DNA from: Heterodontus francisci
Lineage: Eukaryota
DNA: 64,000 nucleotides
Direction: 5' to 3'
NCBI RefSeq assembly: GCF_036365525.1
Contig: NW_027142279.1
Span: forward strand, 434,001 to 498,000
Part shown: piece by piece, positions 22,981 to 35,620 of the stretch
How the letters are laid out: every line of letters begins with the position of its first letter
Numbering within the stretch: position 1 is the first letter of the stretch
The notes under the pieces: model-generated
Told to the model about the DNA's origin: nothing
The model's input: the letters and a program-made list of their open reading frames with translations, nothing else
The model's database searches: none
Program-made: the position numbers and the translations under genes

Positions 22981-24699
22981 AAAAAAGAGTTTCCGATTAC
23001 CAAAAATGCAACGCTTGTAGCCTTCTAAAGCTGGTTTAAAGATTGACTCGATATCTACGTACATCAATCAGCCTGATAATGAAGGTATCTTTCAATGTCT
23101 GTAGCCAGTGAGAATGGGTTCATATTCCTGAGATGCAGGTCAGTGTGCACTGTTAGGCATCAGGAAAGAATGAACAGGCTGGGACACTTTTCTGTTGAAT
23201 GAAGAAAGCTGAGGGGTGACCTGATAGACGTCTTTAGGCTTACGAAGGGGTTTGATAGGGGAGATGGGGCCATAAATATAAGACACATCACTATTGAATC
23301 CAATCAGGAGAGACTTCTTTACCCAGAGAGTGGTGGGAACGTGGAACTCGCTACCACTTTAAGAAGAATAGCATCGATGCCTTTAAGGGGAAGTTGGGAA
23401 AGCACTTGAAAGAGAACGGAATGGAAGGAGATGTGCTGGGGTGAGATGAAGCGTGGGTGGGAGGAGGCTCATGTGGAGCTGAAACACTGGCATGGACCAG
23501 ACGGGCTGAATGGTCTGTTTCTGTGCTGAAATCTCTATGGAGCTGGGGTGCAGTTCAGACAAGGTCTCACTGAATGGCAGAACAGATGCGAGGATCAAAA
23601 TGGCCCCCCTCTTGTTCCTAGGTTTCTTTGAACACAGCCTGGGTCTGGTGCAGTTAAACACAGAGGTGACTGGCTCGATCCCTCCCCAACAGTATCGCTC
23701 AGTAACCCCATAGGGCAGAAGGGAGACAGCAACCACCTGTCATTACCCATCTCCCACGTGGACAATCCCTTGGCGACTGTGAGCGCCATTGCCCGCTCAG
23801 AGCAAACCATTTACAAAGGAGGGGTGCAGCGTCCTGGGTGCCAAAGCCGGGGATGAAATTGCCCAAATCTAGAACAGTCTGGTAAAGCACTCATCGGTGA
23901 AATTGCGTGGAAGGACAGCATTGTGGTAGGAATGGTCTGGGCTCATAATCCCAAGATATGAGTTCAAATCCCATCATGGTAGCTGGGGAATTTCAATTCT
24001 GCTAATTAGCTCAAAATGTGCAATAAATAGCTAACATCAGCAATGGCGACCTTGAAACTGCGAGAGATTTGTATCAAACTCCATCTGGTTAACTCATGTT
24101 CTTTTGGGGTGGAAATCTGCAGCCGTTACCCGGCCTGGCCTACATGCAACTCCAGACCCACAGCAATGTGGTTGACTCATAACCGCTCTCTGAAATGGCC
24201 TAGAAAGACATTCATTTGTATTCAGGAAAGTAGTACATCGACACCTTCTCAGTGGCTGTCAGGGATGGGTTACACATAGCAACAGGGAAACAGGAGACTA
24301 TTTAGCCCACTCGAAGCTGCCACGTAGAGCGAGGAAGCGATTCTGCCCTCTCACGCCTGTTGCATAGAATTGGGTGGAGGAGGTCATTCAAACCAGGAGA
24401 GCCTGTTGCATTGCAACAGGAGGAGTCCAATTCAGCCCCTCGAGCCTATTACATAGGCATAGTGTGAGGAGTCCATTAAACCCCGGCACATGTTCCGCCA
24501 TTCAATTAGATCATGGAAGATCTGCACACCAACCCTATTTCCCCATCTTTGCTCAATATCCCTTGATCCCGTTACCCAATAAAATTCATCTAATGCCTAC
24601 CTGCATATTTTAATGTTGTTTGGAAATGTTGTGCCAAGCGCGTGGGGTAAAACTGAAATAATAGTGGAGAGAAACGGTTTTCTTTGTCGAAATATTCTA

Positions 24700-24705
24700 T
24701 TTATT
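24700..24705 (-). terminator. Possible polyadenylation signal of the main TRBC
   Basis: AATAAA on the minus strand about 775 nt after the stop; no transcript evidence. Confidence 0.35.
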
Positions 24706-25479
24706 TCTTAACCAGTGAACAAGAAAAGAAAAAAAATATAGAAGATCACAAGCGAGCTGTCGATACTGGATCCACTGAGAACCCCACGACAAATAATGGA
24801 CAATTATGAGCGCATTTTCCATCTGCAAACGATGAGGTGTCTGATACAAATAGTAATAACATTATTGCATTAACAGAAAAGGGAAAAAAGACATTGATAG
24901 TTGCACTAAACAGAACTTGAAGTTACAATTTGTTTACTACTGCTTAATATTATACACAGCTTTACGAGAATTGCACGGAATGAGGGACTTAAGTTTCATG
25001 GAGAGATCAGCAAAGCTGGAATTGATCGCCTCGGCATTAACAACTGGCTTTTTCAAAGAGCTAGCACTTGCACGATGGGCCAAGTGGCCTCCTTTCGTCC
25101 TGTAAGGTTGTATGTTTCTTTATAACGTTTCAAACAACACAGACTAACAATTAATAAACAGACAAAATAAACTGGAAAAAAAGTTTGCACGTTTCTCAAA
25201 GCTTCACCTACTTAGAAAACAGGAATTTAATACATTGACGAGAACATGAAAGGACTTATTCTAGTGGAAAAGACAGACTGGGGCTTAAAATTTCCTCTGT
25301 TCGTTTCCCGCAGTGGTGATGGGTATTTAGGGTTGTCCGCCAAAGTTACGCGAGGACAGCGGGAGTGTTTTAGACGAAATTCACCCCCGAGATATTCACA
25401 ATAATCGTATTTTCTCTCCCCTTGCTCCCTCGTGTGTTCTGCTGCTTATCCATCTTTTGAGTTCATTAATTTGCGACGA

Positions 25480-25506
25480 TCAGTCAAACCTTTTGCTGTA
25501 AGACGT
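25480..25506 (-). CDS. TRBC: TCR beta constant exon 4 (TSYSKRFD*)
   Basis: T-rich tract plus CAG acceptor, phase 0, TGA at 25482-25480. Confidence 0.92.
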   Translation of the reverse strand, partial: TSYSKRFD

Positions 25507-25544
25507 CTGGTATATGATAAAAAAAAGAGGGCGTTATTATCGTC

Positions 25545-26075
25545 ATGGAATTATGGACTGATGCAGAACAGAAGGAGGCCATTCGTCCCGCGTGCCTATA
25601 CTGGCATTTTGAAAGAGCTGTCCAATTAGTCCCATTTCACAGTTCTTTCCCCTATAGCCCTGAGACTATTCCCTCCCCCACTACCTCCACCCCCTCAAAC
25701 AAGTATTCATCCAATTCCCTCTTGAAAGTTACTACTGAATCAGCTTCCACCGCCCTTTCAGCCAGTGCATTCTCAACCACAACAACTCGCTGGCTCAAAA
25801 TATATTTCTCACCTGCCCCTCTGCTCCCTTGGCTAATCACCTTACAGCTGTGTCCTTGGTTGGGCAATCCTGCTGCCTCTTTGAAGCTGTTACCCCATTC
25901 ATTGTCCTATCCAAACCATTCATCATTGTGCACACCTCTATTAAATCTCTCCTTAACCTTCCCTGATCCAAGGAGAACAATCCCAACTTCCGTATTCTCC
26001 TCACATCACTGAGGTCCCTCAACACTGTTACCGTTCAAGTAAATCGCCCCTTCACCCTCTCCAATGACTCGACAT
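25545..26075 (-). mobile_element. CR1-type LINE 3' fragment in TRBC intron 3
   Basis: KLGLFSLDQGRLRRDLIEV and SQRVVVVENAL...FKRELD remnants. Confidence 0.85.
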
Positions 26076-26451
26076 CACTGTCCTGAGCAGATCATCATGT
26101 GCATGAATAATCGAGACGAACCATGCACATGCTCTTTCCTGCTCATGCATTCCTAACCTTGCATATAAAGTCTTGTAAAATCACAATAAGTTCAATTATT
26201 TTCCAAGGGAAATTCCAGAACATTGACAATTGTGTTCAAATGGATTAAATTGGTTGGTTAGTGTTGTGGGCGCAGGAATGAATGGAAAGTGAATTGGTGT
26301 ATTCCATCTGCGTGCAATAGGAATGCAAAACTAGGGCTCGTGAATATCGGATAGTCACTCGTAATTTCAGTCTGGAATTCAGGAGAAACTTCTTTACCCA
26401 GTTTCACCATGACAATACCAAGATTAAGGACTTCAGTAAGTTTAATCTTAC

Positions 26452-26558
26452 CTTAGTTTTCCAAGCAATTGTTGAGATGAAAATTGCATAAAAGATGCTT
26501 TTGCAGATGAGGATCAGGTATGTCAGTTTTGCTGTTGCCATGCTTTGGATTTTCGCCT
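26452..26558 (-). CDS. TRBC: TCR beta constant exon 3 (transmembrane)
   Basis: (E)AKIQSMATAKLTYLILICKSIFYAIFISTIAWKTK with TM Tyr/Lys/Tyr; ttttacAG acceptor, GTAAGA donor. Confidence 0.95.
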
Positions 26559-26785
26559 CTGTAAAATAAATGTAACAGAAAATGTTGCAATCTCTGTTCT
26601 CTCAAGGCAAGAAATGCTACTGCGTGAAAATGTAATGTGTGTCAGTGAAGGAGCCCAATGTCAGGGTCGAGCTGCGAAAGCAGAACTGATCTCCCTTTGA
26701 CGCAAGGAGCCCTGGGGTATTCCTTACTACAAATGGAGTTCAGCAATATGGCCGATCTGAATTGGGGCCGCTGTAACTTATGTGT

Positions 26786-26985
26786 CAGCTATGGCTCACG
26801 TATGTATCAGCTCTAGCTGAGTGGGTAACGCTCTCCTGTCTGAGTCGTACGATTGTGGGTTCATGCCCCAGTCCAAAGACATGAACCCCATAATCCAGAC
26901 TGACTCTCCCAGTGCCAGTAGACAGCGTGTGTGCTGCACTGCAACTTTGGAGGAACCTTCTTTGAGATGATGTGTTAAACTAATT
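26786..26985 (+). mobile_element. tRNA-headed SINE fragment (DeuSINE-like)
   Basis: Similar to the 57358-57680 element: agtgggtaacgctctc...tgtgggttc...gtgctgcactg...tgttaaac. Confidence 0.55.
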
Positions 26986-27364
26986 TAACCTCTGGGAAGT
27001 GGAACTGTCCCTCTTATCTCCACGCCAGATTCACACTATGAACTCCCAAGGAATTGTAAGTTTTAAGACAGGTGTACACAGCTCCCTCCCCTCCCATCCC
27101 CAGGCGTCCCCTCTCCCTCATCACAGGGCAACATATTTCCCTGACGTCGTGAACCCAAGAGGACCGTGAGGTTATATCATTCGACTAGGCTGGTCTCGAA
27201 ATTCCAACGGCCTTTCCCTCCCAGAGGAGTTTTCTCATAAACTCGTTGTGCATGATAGTATGTATAACTGTAAAACTACAGCTTGGAAATGTTGAAATGA
27301 GTATATACATGAAATGTCTGACACAGTAATAATTCCAGAATTATTGGTGAATATTTTTTGAGTC

Positions 27365-27897
27365 ATGGAGTCATTACAGCACAGAAAGAGGTCATTCGGC
27401 CCATCGAGTCCATGCAGGATCTCTACAGAGCAATCCAATCAGTCCAGCTCTCCCCTTCCATCTCCATTGCCCTGCAAGTTAATTACCCTCAACAGTCCGC
27501 CCAGTTTCCTTATGAAATCATTCATTATCTCCATTTCCACCACCCTCGTAGACAGTGACTTCCAGGTCATTACCACTCGCTGCATAAAACACTTCTGCCT
27601 CACATCCCCCCCCCAGTGCATCTTTTTCCCAAAGCCTGAAAACTGTGACCCCCCCCCCCCAGTCCTTATGCCAGCAACTCATGGGGACAACTTTTCTTTG
27701 TCTACCTATTGTAAACCTGTCATAATCTTGTACATCTCTGTCAAATAGCCCCTCAATCTCCTTTTCTCCAAGGAGAACAACCCAGGTTCTCCAATGTAAC
27801 TTTGTAGCTAAAATTCCTCATCTCTGGAACCATTGTGGTAAATCTCCTCTGCACCCTCTCAAGGACCTTCACCTCCTTTACAAAGTGTGGAGACCAG
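27365..27897 (-). mobile_element. CR1-type LINE 3' fragment
   Basis: WSPHFVKEVKVLERVQRRFTTMVP and FMQRVVMTWKSL remnants. Confidence 0.85.
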
Positions 27898-27925
27898 ATA
27901 CAGATAGAAGCAGATAGATATTCAC

Positions 27926-27946
27926 CTTTACTTATACCGCACATTT
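27926..27946 (-). CDS. TRBC: TCR beta constant exon 2 ((E)MCGISK, interchain Cys)
   Basis: 21-nt exon, cttttccCAG acceptor, GTGAAT donor, frame-preserving. Confidence 0.92.
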
Positions 27947-28266
27947 CTGGGAAAAGAAAGAAAAATCAATAAACATTCAGCATCAGAATATTTTATGAAA
28001 TCACTGTGTAAATGTAGATTATCACAATTGAGTCCTGCACTGTAGTCTAATATATTGAGAGTCATTTTAATTGAGTGTTTAACCATATCTTCCCCTTTAC
28101 ACTACAACATTGTTCTATTTCATGAATTATTTAATTATTTATTGACTTACTGATACATCTACTTGCTTATTCGTACTTTCATAAGAGCACAGGTGCTATG
28201 TAAATGCAACTTTCTGATTTCTTTGAAGCTGAAATAAAATGGTATTGGTCTCACTAGTGTGCCTAC

Positions 28267-28617
28267 CTGCTTTGACAGCTAATGTTGAACTGCTTGTTGT
28301 AGGCACTGATTCGTTAGTGTAGAGATCTACTCTGCACTCAACGTTCTTGGACCGAGCCCAATCTAGGGCGTCGAATCTCAGCCGGCTGCTGATGCTGTAA
28401 GATGTATTTTCTTTTGATAGGATGGCATTGAGATCAGTGTGAATGTTCGTGTCATTGGCATCTTTCTCCTTGCCATCGACAAGCCAGTGGATCTTGATGT
28501 TGTCGGGGTAGAAGTCGCTGACGAGGCAGACCACAGTGGCTTTTTTCTTTTCTCTAATCTCTTCGGGAGAGGGCTCAAAGACAGTAACTTTGGCAGGCCT
28601 AATCGTATCGTTTTCGC
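28267..28617 (-). CDS. TRBC: TCR beta constant exon 1 (Ig C1 domain)
   Basis: GENDTIRPAKVTVFEPSPEEIREKKKATVVCLVSDFYPDNIKIHW...YSISSRLRF...WARSKNVECRV...AVKA; ctgCAG acceptor, GTAGGC donor. Confidence 0.97.
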
Positions 28618-28710
28618 CTGCAGGAAAAGTAAATGGAGAGAATATGGATGAGTATGAAACCCGTCTTGAGAATTTTAAACCACCAAACAATATCAACCTT
28701 TCAATCCTAG

Positions 28711-28763
28711 CCAGAGCAGTTAATTTTGTGCCAACTCCAGAGTAAACCTCTCTGTTTCCCGAA
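28711..28763 (-). pseudogene. TRBJ: J-like segment SGNREVYSGVGTKLTAL, 93 nt from C exon 1
   Basis: F to S in FGxG; donor position reads CTAGGA; heptamer CACCGAT 28764-28770, weak nonamer. Confidence 0.75.
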
Positions 28764-29008
28764 CACCGATCAGTCATAAAACGTAGAATCAGTTTGCAAC
28801 CTCGACCTGCTTTTGTACATTTTAACCCAAAGTGGCAGAAAATGATCATCTCAACCTCTTAGTCATTGAGGGAAGTACAAGTCTGTCTCATTATGAAAGA
28901 GGTTCTCCTGTCTATCTGAAAAGTGTCGTCCTGAACTCTGGGCCAGCCTGTTCTCAATAAAAAGGCTATCACTCACCTTGTCCCATTATCTAGAGCCCTT
29001 TCCTATCA

Positions 29009-29592
29009 GGGAGGTTATGGGGAACATTTCTAAAGCTCTGGTTAGGCCACAACTAGAGTTTTGCAGCCAGTTCTGACCACCACATTTGAGGAAGGTAGTG
29101 AGTGTCCTTGAGAGGGTGCAGAGGATATTTAACAGAATGGTTCCAGGGATGAAGGATTTTAGCTACAAGGTTAGGTTGGAGAAGCTGGGATTGTTCTGCT
29201 TGGAGCAAAGGAGATTGAGGGGAGATTTGATGGCAGCGTACAAGATTATGACGGATTTAGATAAGGTAGACAAAGAAAAGCTTCACCCATTAGTTGTTGG
29301 TACAAGGACCAGGAGAGACAGATTTCTGGTGCTGTGCAACAGATGCAGGGGGGTGTGAGGAGGGACATTTTAATGCCACGTGTGGTAATGACCTGGAATT
29401 CGCTGCCTGCAAGGGTGGTGGAAGCGGAGACAATGAATGATTTCAGAAGGAAATTGGATGGACACTTGAGGCAAATTAACTTGCAGGGCCACAGGGATAG
29501 AGCGAGGGAGTGGGACTGATTGGATTGCCAGACAGAGAGCTGGCATGGACTCGATGGGCTGAATGGCCCCCCTCCGTGCTGTATTATGATTC
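29009..29592 (+). mobile_element. CR1-type LINE 3' fragment
   Basis: LERVQRIFNRMVPGMKDFSYKVRLEKLGLFCLEQRRLRGDL and RVVMTWNSLP, plus 3' tail. Confidence 0.9.
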
Positions 29593-29659
29593 GAATCCTA
29601 CTCTTGTCTCTTCCCCCAAATGTAATATTTAATAATTAGTGCTACCGTAAACGCACACA

Positions 29660-30405
29660 TGAAAGGAGGGGACCATTCGGCCTATTGTGTGAATTCCAGC
29701 TCTTTGGTAGAACTAGCCAATTAATCCTGCTCCCCACCCTGTTCTTCTCACATAACCCAGTAAACTATGTACCTTCAAACTCTCTCTATTTCCCTTTTGA
29801 AAGCTACTTTTGAAGTCAAGCTACTATTGAATCTGCTTTCAGCACCATGTCAGGCATTACATTCCAAATCACAACAACTCGCTGTTTAAACAAAATATTT
29901 CCTCATCCCCCTTTTTCTTGCCAACGACCTTAAATCTGTGTCCTTCTGGTTACAGAACCTCCTACCACTGGTAAAAAATGTTTCTCCCTTTTAACTCTCT
30001 CGAAAGCCTTCCTGAGTTTCAGCACCTCAATTAAAATTTTCCCTGTACCTTCTCTGCTCTAATGAGAACAGTCCCAGCTTCTTCAATCTCTTCACGATTT
30101 CTGAAGTGCCTCAACCCTGGAACTATTCCAGTCAATCTACTCTGCATTCTCTCTGGGGACTTAACCTGTTTTCCAAAGGGTGGCACCAAAATGGAACACA
30201 ATGCTGCTACTGAGGCCTAAACAGTGTTTTCTAAATGTTCATGATAACAGCTTTGCTTTTGCCCTCTGTGCCTCTGTTTACAAAGCCAAAAGGATTCAGT
30301 GTGCCTTTTGATAGCCTTTTGAACCTGCCCTGCCACCTTCATAGATTTATGAACATACATCCCCCTGGTTTCTCTGTTCCTGCACCCAATTTAAAATTGT
30401 ACCGT
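29660..30405 (-). mobile_element. Degenerate CR1-type LINE fragment
   Basis: Reverse-complement similarity to other CR1 3' ends (ccttctctgctctaatgagaacagtcccagcttc). Confidence 0.7.
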
Positions 30406-30975
30406 TTGAGAAACAATGTATTGGCTCAAAGAAAATAAGGGGAGTGTGGCCGAGCCAATAATTATCCCTCATTCAGCACTTCACATCCACCATTTCCGGT
30501 TATCTGGTCATTTAGTGCAATGATGCTTGTGGGATCTTGCTGTGCGCATTTTGGCTGAAACCTTTCCCTACATTACAACAGTGACTACACTCCACAGTCA
30601 GTTCTTTAACTCGAAAGCTCTCTGAGCGGAATATTGCGAAAGAAATACCTGAACAGGTTTGGGTTTACAGTCAAGACTCTGTGAGAATGCCATGAATATT
30701 AAAATGATACAATCATTAACATAATGACTGATGCCTAATTTTGTTACATTTTTGTTCTGAATATTGAACCAATGGAGATTTCAGGAGACTCCTCTTCACC
30801 CAGAGAATAGTGAGAATGTGGAATTTGCTTTTTTTTTTGACTCGGAGGTAAGAGTGTCACCACTGTGTAACTTCACTGAAATACTTAAACCCAAGCTGTA
30901 TTTTGAGAACTGGTCTCTTTCTCAACCAGTTGAGCTGCAATTGACAGATGCAGTTTGACAATGGTGCGTCTTTAC

Positions 30976-31027
30976 CTAGAACTAGTTAGTTTGGTACCTT
31001 TGCTGCAATACACGAAAGTGCCTTGCG
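30976..31027 (-). pseudogene. TRBJ: Pseudo-J, QGTFVYCSKGTKLT(+1)VL
   Basis: GTAAAG donor; 1-nt insertion; FG changed to CS; heptamer CACGTTG 31028-31034 with the spacer collapsed before TCCAAAATC. Confidence 0.7.
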
Positions 31028-31967
31028 CACGTTGCTGTCCAAAATCTGCCTGTTTCCAAAGGGGCTGAACACAAGTTTAATTTTCGTCTTAACAATTGTA
31101 TTTTTATTGGGACTTCCTCCCTCCGGGATTCACCACGCTGTTGTTTGTCTTCAATTAATTTTCCCTTCATATTTTGTCTGCTTTTCCTGGTTACTTGCAA
31201 ATGTGTCTTTATTGTAAGAATAAGTTTAATAAAACAACACTGATCTCCCCTTCGCCTTCTCTGCTCTAAGGAGAACAATCCCAGCTTCTCCCATTTCTAC
31301 ACACAAGTGAAACCTTCCCATGTCTGGTACCATTCTAGTAAACATCTTCTGCACCCTCTCTATGGCCTTGACATCCTTCCCAAAGTGTGTTAGCCACGAA
31401 TTGGTCACAATACTCCAGGCGAGGCCTCCCTGGTGATTAATAACAACAAGAAATTGCATTTATCTAGCACCGTTGATGCAGTGAAAAATCTCAATATAAG
31501 AGCAACTCAGACAGCAACTTGATACCGAGTTATCGAAGTAGATATTAGGGACAGGTGACCTGTCAAAGAAGTAGGTTCTAAGATACTTCTCAAAGAAGGA
31601 GAGAGGGAGAGAAGCAGAGGTGTATAAGGAGGGAATTCCAGCGTTTCGGGCTCAGGCAGCTGAAGGCACATCCGCCAATGGTGGGTTCAAGGGAGCGGAG
31701 GATGCACAAGAGGCCAGAATTGATGGAGCACAGAGAAATCATCAGGGTTTCTTAAAGCTCTAGAGGAAGTTACAGAAATAAGGAGCCACCGCCTCACTGA
31801 CAGAACAATGCACTAATCCCGCGTAAATGTCCCCGACACGTGAAATGAATCCTTGTGTTCATCTGCTAAAATCCCTCCCCACAATTAGAGAACTGCATCC
31901 GTATAACAACAGCAGACCTCTGTCCATCCATCATTAATTGAGACCTCTTGTACTGTCAGCTACTCAC

Positions 31968-32018
31968 CCGAAACGCTTAGCTTCGTGCCCCCTCCAAAAT
32001 ACTGTTCACATCCTGAAG
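31968..32018 (-). CDS. TRBJ: J segment SGCEQYFGGGTKLSVS
   Basis: 12-RSS CACCATG 32019, ACTAAAACT 32038; GTGAGT donor. Confidence 0.9.
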
Positions 32019-33035
32019 CACCATGCTACAACCCTACACTAAAACTAACAAGAGTGTCTCTCCCCTCTAGAGGGATGGAGTTGGTGCTGGGGATAATACA
32101 TTGAAATACATTGAAATTGCAACAATCTAACCAAAGTTCTATATAAGTTTCATTTAACTTCTCTGCTTTGGAATGCTAGCTAATCTCCTGCAAAGGAACT
32201 CCTGTGCTTTGTTTGCTGTTATTATTGTATATTAGTCAATATTAAATATGCAGACAAGTACTATGTCGTCCTGCATCAGGGGATACCAATTAGAATTAAG
32301 CCTGCAGGTTGCTCAATCTTCTGCGAACACCCAGAGCTTCTTCTTGTTTCCCCATAACCCTACATTTGTTCGCCTTCAAGTATGCATCAAATGCATTGTT
32401 TAAGCTTTTTTCAGGCAGTGCATTTCACATCACAACAACTGGCTGTGTAAAAACAAATACTCATCTCCCTCTTTGTTTCTTTTACCAATCACAAATCTGT
32501 TCTATCTGCTTAGCGACCCTTCTCCCAGCAGAAATGAGTTATTCTTATTTACTCTATTACAAACCATATGATTTTGGGCATTTTGAATATGATATTAATT
32601 CCCACATTAACATTCTCTTCTCTGAGGAGAACAACCCCAGTTTCTCCAGTATCTCCACACAATTGAAGTCCTTCATCCCTGGTACCACACAAGCAAATCT
32701 TCTTTAACCTTCTCTGCTCCAAGGAGAACAACATTCTGCTTTTCCAGTCTCTCTACAAAGCTGAAATCTTTTCTCCCTGGTATCAATCACCCCACCACCA
32801 CTTAATCTTCTCTGCATTACCCTACCAGTTTTCAGAATATATCTTGCTGAAATATTGTGAATTAAATATAATAATTATTACGATAATTTGGGAATAAGTG
32901 GGGCAACGAGGGAAATCTGGGAAGCAGGGTCAGCCATGCAGCTCTGTGCAGTTTTGTACTGGAGTGTAATGCCATGGGTAAATATACAACTAACTTAATT
33001 GACGCACTCAAAACGTTACATTTTTTAAAACTTAC

Positions 33036-33087
33036 CCAACACTGTTAATTTGGGACTGTGGCCAAAATGAAAGTTAGTAGTTGCATC
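33036..33087 (-). pseudogene. TRBJ: Defective J, DATTNFHFGHSPKLTVL
   Basis: Heptamer CGCAATG lacks CAC; FGHS instead of FGxG; GTAAGT donor intact. Confidence 0.8.
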
Positions 33088-33694
33088 CGCAATGCTACAT
33101 TCCTATCAGAAAACTAGGATGGCCTAACAGTTCCCGTAGACTGTCAATACTGTAGCTTGTTCACTGTTTTTATTTAGTATATCAAGTAAGCATGTAGTGA
33201 AATTGTTAAGCTGTTTGGACATTGCCACGTATCTCTCACTTTGAATTCTGATTTTAGATAGTGTTTCAGCGTTAATTTAAGTCAATTCCTTATGAACTCA
33301 ATTTAGTTATTTTCTTGAAGGAAGACTAGGTGAGTTTGCCATTTAGTATCTAATCTTCTACAACCTTGACTAGATCTAGTCTTTGTTTATTACATTCAAG
33401 AATTTTTGTTTGACGGTAACTGGCGCTAAGATAAAACTCAGCCATAATTTAAGTGAATGGTGGAAGATGCTCAAGGGATGAATGGTCCTTTGTGGCTTCT
33501 TATGTTTGATTGGAGTCCTTTTCAAAATCGTTGACTCGGGTTTGCATCTGTTATAAACTCGACAGTGGCCCTTCCTGAGTTCAGCTTTTAAAATAATCAC
33601 TACTAGTTGAGCCTTGCCTCTCTGCTTTTACATTAGTGAAGCTTAATGCTTTTACATTGACCACTGGGGGGACAAATCGCTCGGTTTTACATAC

Positions 33695-33750
33695 CCAGAA
33701 CTGTTAATCTTGTCCCATCGCCAAAGCGGAGAGGTGTGCTGTTTCCAGAA
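33695..33750 (-). CDS. TRBJ: J segment SGNSTPLRFGDGTRLTVL
   Basis: 12-RSS CACAGTG 33751, ATTAAAACT 33770; GTATGT donor. Confidence 0.92.
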
Positions 33751-34292
33751 CACAGTGTTACAAAGCAGTATTAAAACTGCTGGGGACCAATGATTACACG
33801 ATACTTCATCGAATGCTCTGACACCTTTGAACAATTATCATTCAACCAATTGCAATGTGTAGATTTTTCTGACCTTTTCTCCACCATTCCATTTGAAAGC
33901 AGAGAAATTATGGTAAAATTTGCTTAGACGTTCTTGGAGCTCTGTGCACAGTTCTGGTCTCCATATCCCTCAGTTAGACCACACTTGGATCTCTGTGCAC
34001 AGTTCTCGTTTTCATATATATTTCCTTATCAGGAAAGACTGAATGGCCTTTACGATAGATAAGAGAAGGCTTAGAGGTGACCTGAAAGAGGCGCCAAAGA
34101 TTATGAAAGGGGGTGGCCAGAGGGGAGACACAGAGAAGTCTGGTAACTTTGTCTTTGCAAAATTGTGCATCTTGGGATTCACGTTTTCCAGTATGTGTCT
34201 AGGTTTGTGAGTTTTGGCAGATTTACGAAGCAATGAATGAACACTTAGAGCGAATTAAATTTGCATATTGAGATCTATTTTTGTTTACCTAC

Positions 34293-34348
34293 CTGGAACT
34301 GTCAGCTTAATCCCAGAGCCAAAGTAAGAGATCGAGGTCCCAGCTGAA
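34293..34348 (-). pseudogene. TRBJ: J with defective RSS, SAGTSISYFGSGIKLTVP
   Basis: FGSG and GTAGGT donor present; heptamer position reads TACAATT, nonamer TGTGAAACT. Confidence 0.8.
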
Positions 34349-34384
34349 TACAATTTCACAGGCCAGTTGTGAAACTACCAGGGC

Positions 34385-34930
34385 CCTCAGTTCGGCCTGA
34401 TCTGGAGTCTCGTTTCCAAACCAGGGCACCACACTTTCGGAATGATATCAAGGTCTTGGAGAGTGTGCAGAAAGAGATTTACTGGAATGGTCCTGGAAAT
34501 GAGGTACTCAGTTATGTGGACAGACTGGAGAAGCTGGGATTGTTCTCCCAGAGAAGGTGAAGGAGAGATTTAATAGCTGCTTTCAAAGCCACGAACGGCT
34601 TTGTGAGAGTCAGTAGGGGGAAGCTGTTTCCACTGGCCGGAGATTTCATAACCAGAGAACATAAATTTAAAGCAATTGGCAAAAGATCCAGATGTTTATT
34701 GAGGGGCCATTTCTTTACACAACGACTTGTTATGATATGGAATGCATTACCTGAAAATGTGATAGATACTGATTCCATACTGAACTTCAAAAGAGAATTG
34801 GATCACAGTTCAAAAAGGCGAAAATTGCAGGGCTGTATAGAAAGAAAAGGGGTGAGGGAGGCGAATTGGAGAACATTTCCCAACAGCCGACTCTCGTAAG
34901 ATGGGCCGAGTGGTATTATTGTGTCCAACA
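34385..34930 (+). mobile_element. CR1-type LINE 3' fragment
   Basis: LSYVDRLEKLGLFSQRR and FFTQRLVMIWNALPE...FKRELD. Confidence 0.88.
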
Positions 34931-35564
34931 TGCATATTTGTCTAATTATTTCTATCAACTGTTTTTAGAAGGCTGTACCATTATCAACAGTGAGCATTCA
35001 TTCCAGAAGATCACAGTTTTACGACCTTCATCATTACAAGCTGAACAAACTCTGTTTAAGAATGGGATTGAATTTTATACGGATAAAGGCAATGTACAGT
35101 CTACTAAAACAAAATCGAAGAGGTCATTTTTATTAATTAATGCGAGGTTAACAGTCTTATGCAGCAACATAAGACAGCTCAGAATTGTTGACTTATTTTT
35201 GGCTGCAAGCCCGTAAAGTCTGGATTGACAAAAGTATTAGGGTCAGTCTTTACAGCCATATCTATCCTGGATTCTACCCCACCCAATAACCCTCCTCAGA
35301 AAAGAACCGAAGGAATGTCTCCCAATTCCAAAACAATTCATCCAATCACAAGAAGGTATTCCACCATAACATTCTACGTTAGACAACCCAATGCACTTCT
35401 CTGTCGGTTTAATGTCACACACCATTTTCTATATTTTTGAAAGGATAATAAGATTGTCGATGTGCTGGTTGATAATTGGAAAACTGGAAAGTACCGGGAA
35501 GCTACAGAATATAATAATAGACTATCCCATAGTTAAACGAGCAATGCCTTTAACATCTACATAC

Positions 35565-35620
35565 TCAAAACTGTGAGCTTGGTCCCTTGGCCAAAATATA
35601 ATGGATCGTTGTTTCCATAA
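35565..35620 (-). CDS. TRBJ: J segment YGNNDPLYFGQGTKLTVL
   Basis: 12-RSS CACAGTG 35621, TACAAAACT 35640; GTATGT donor. Confidence 0.92.

Noticed and set aside
28196-28849. 217-aa ORF as a standalone single-exon gene
   Set aside because: It is C exon 1 plus flanking intron and a pseudo-J; canonical splice sites and exons 2-4 define the real gene.
28971-29005. Possible extra J remnant (minus strand gataatgggacaag followed by GTGAGT)
   Set aside because: Only NGT and a donor-like hexamer; no FG, LTV or RSS, and it abuts a LINE fragment.
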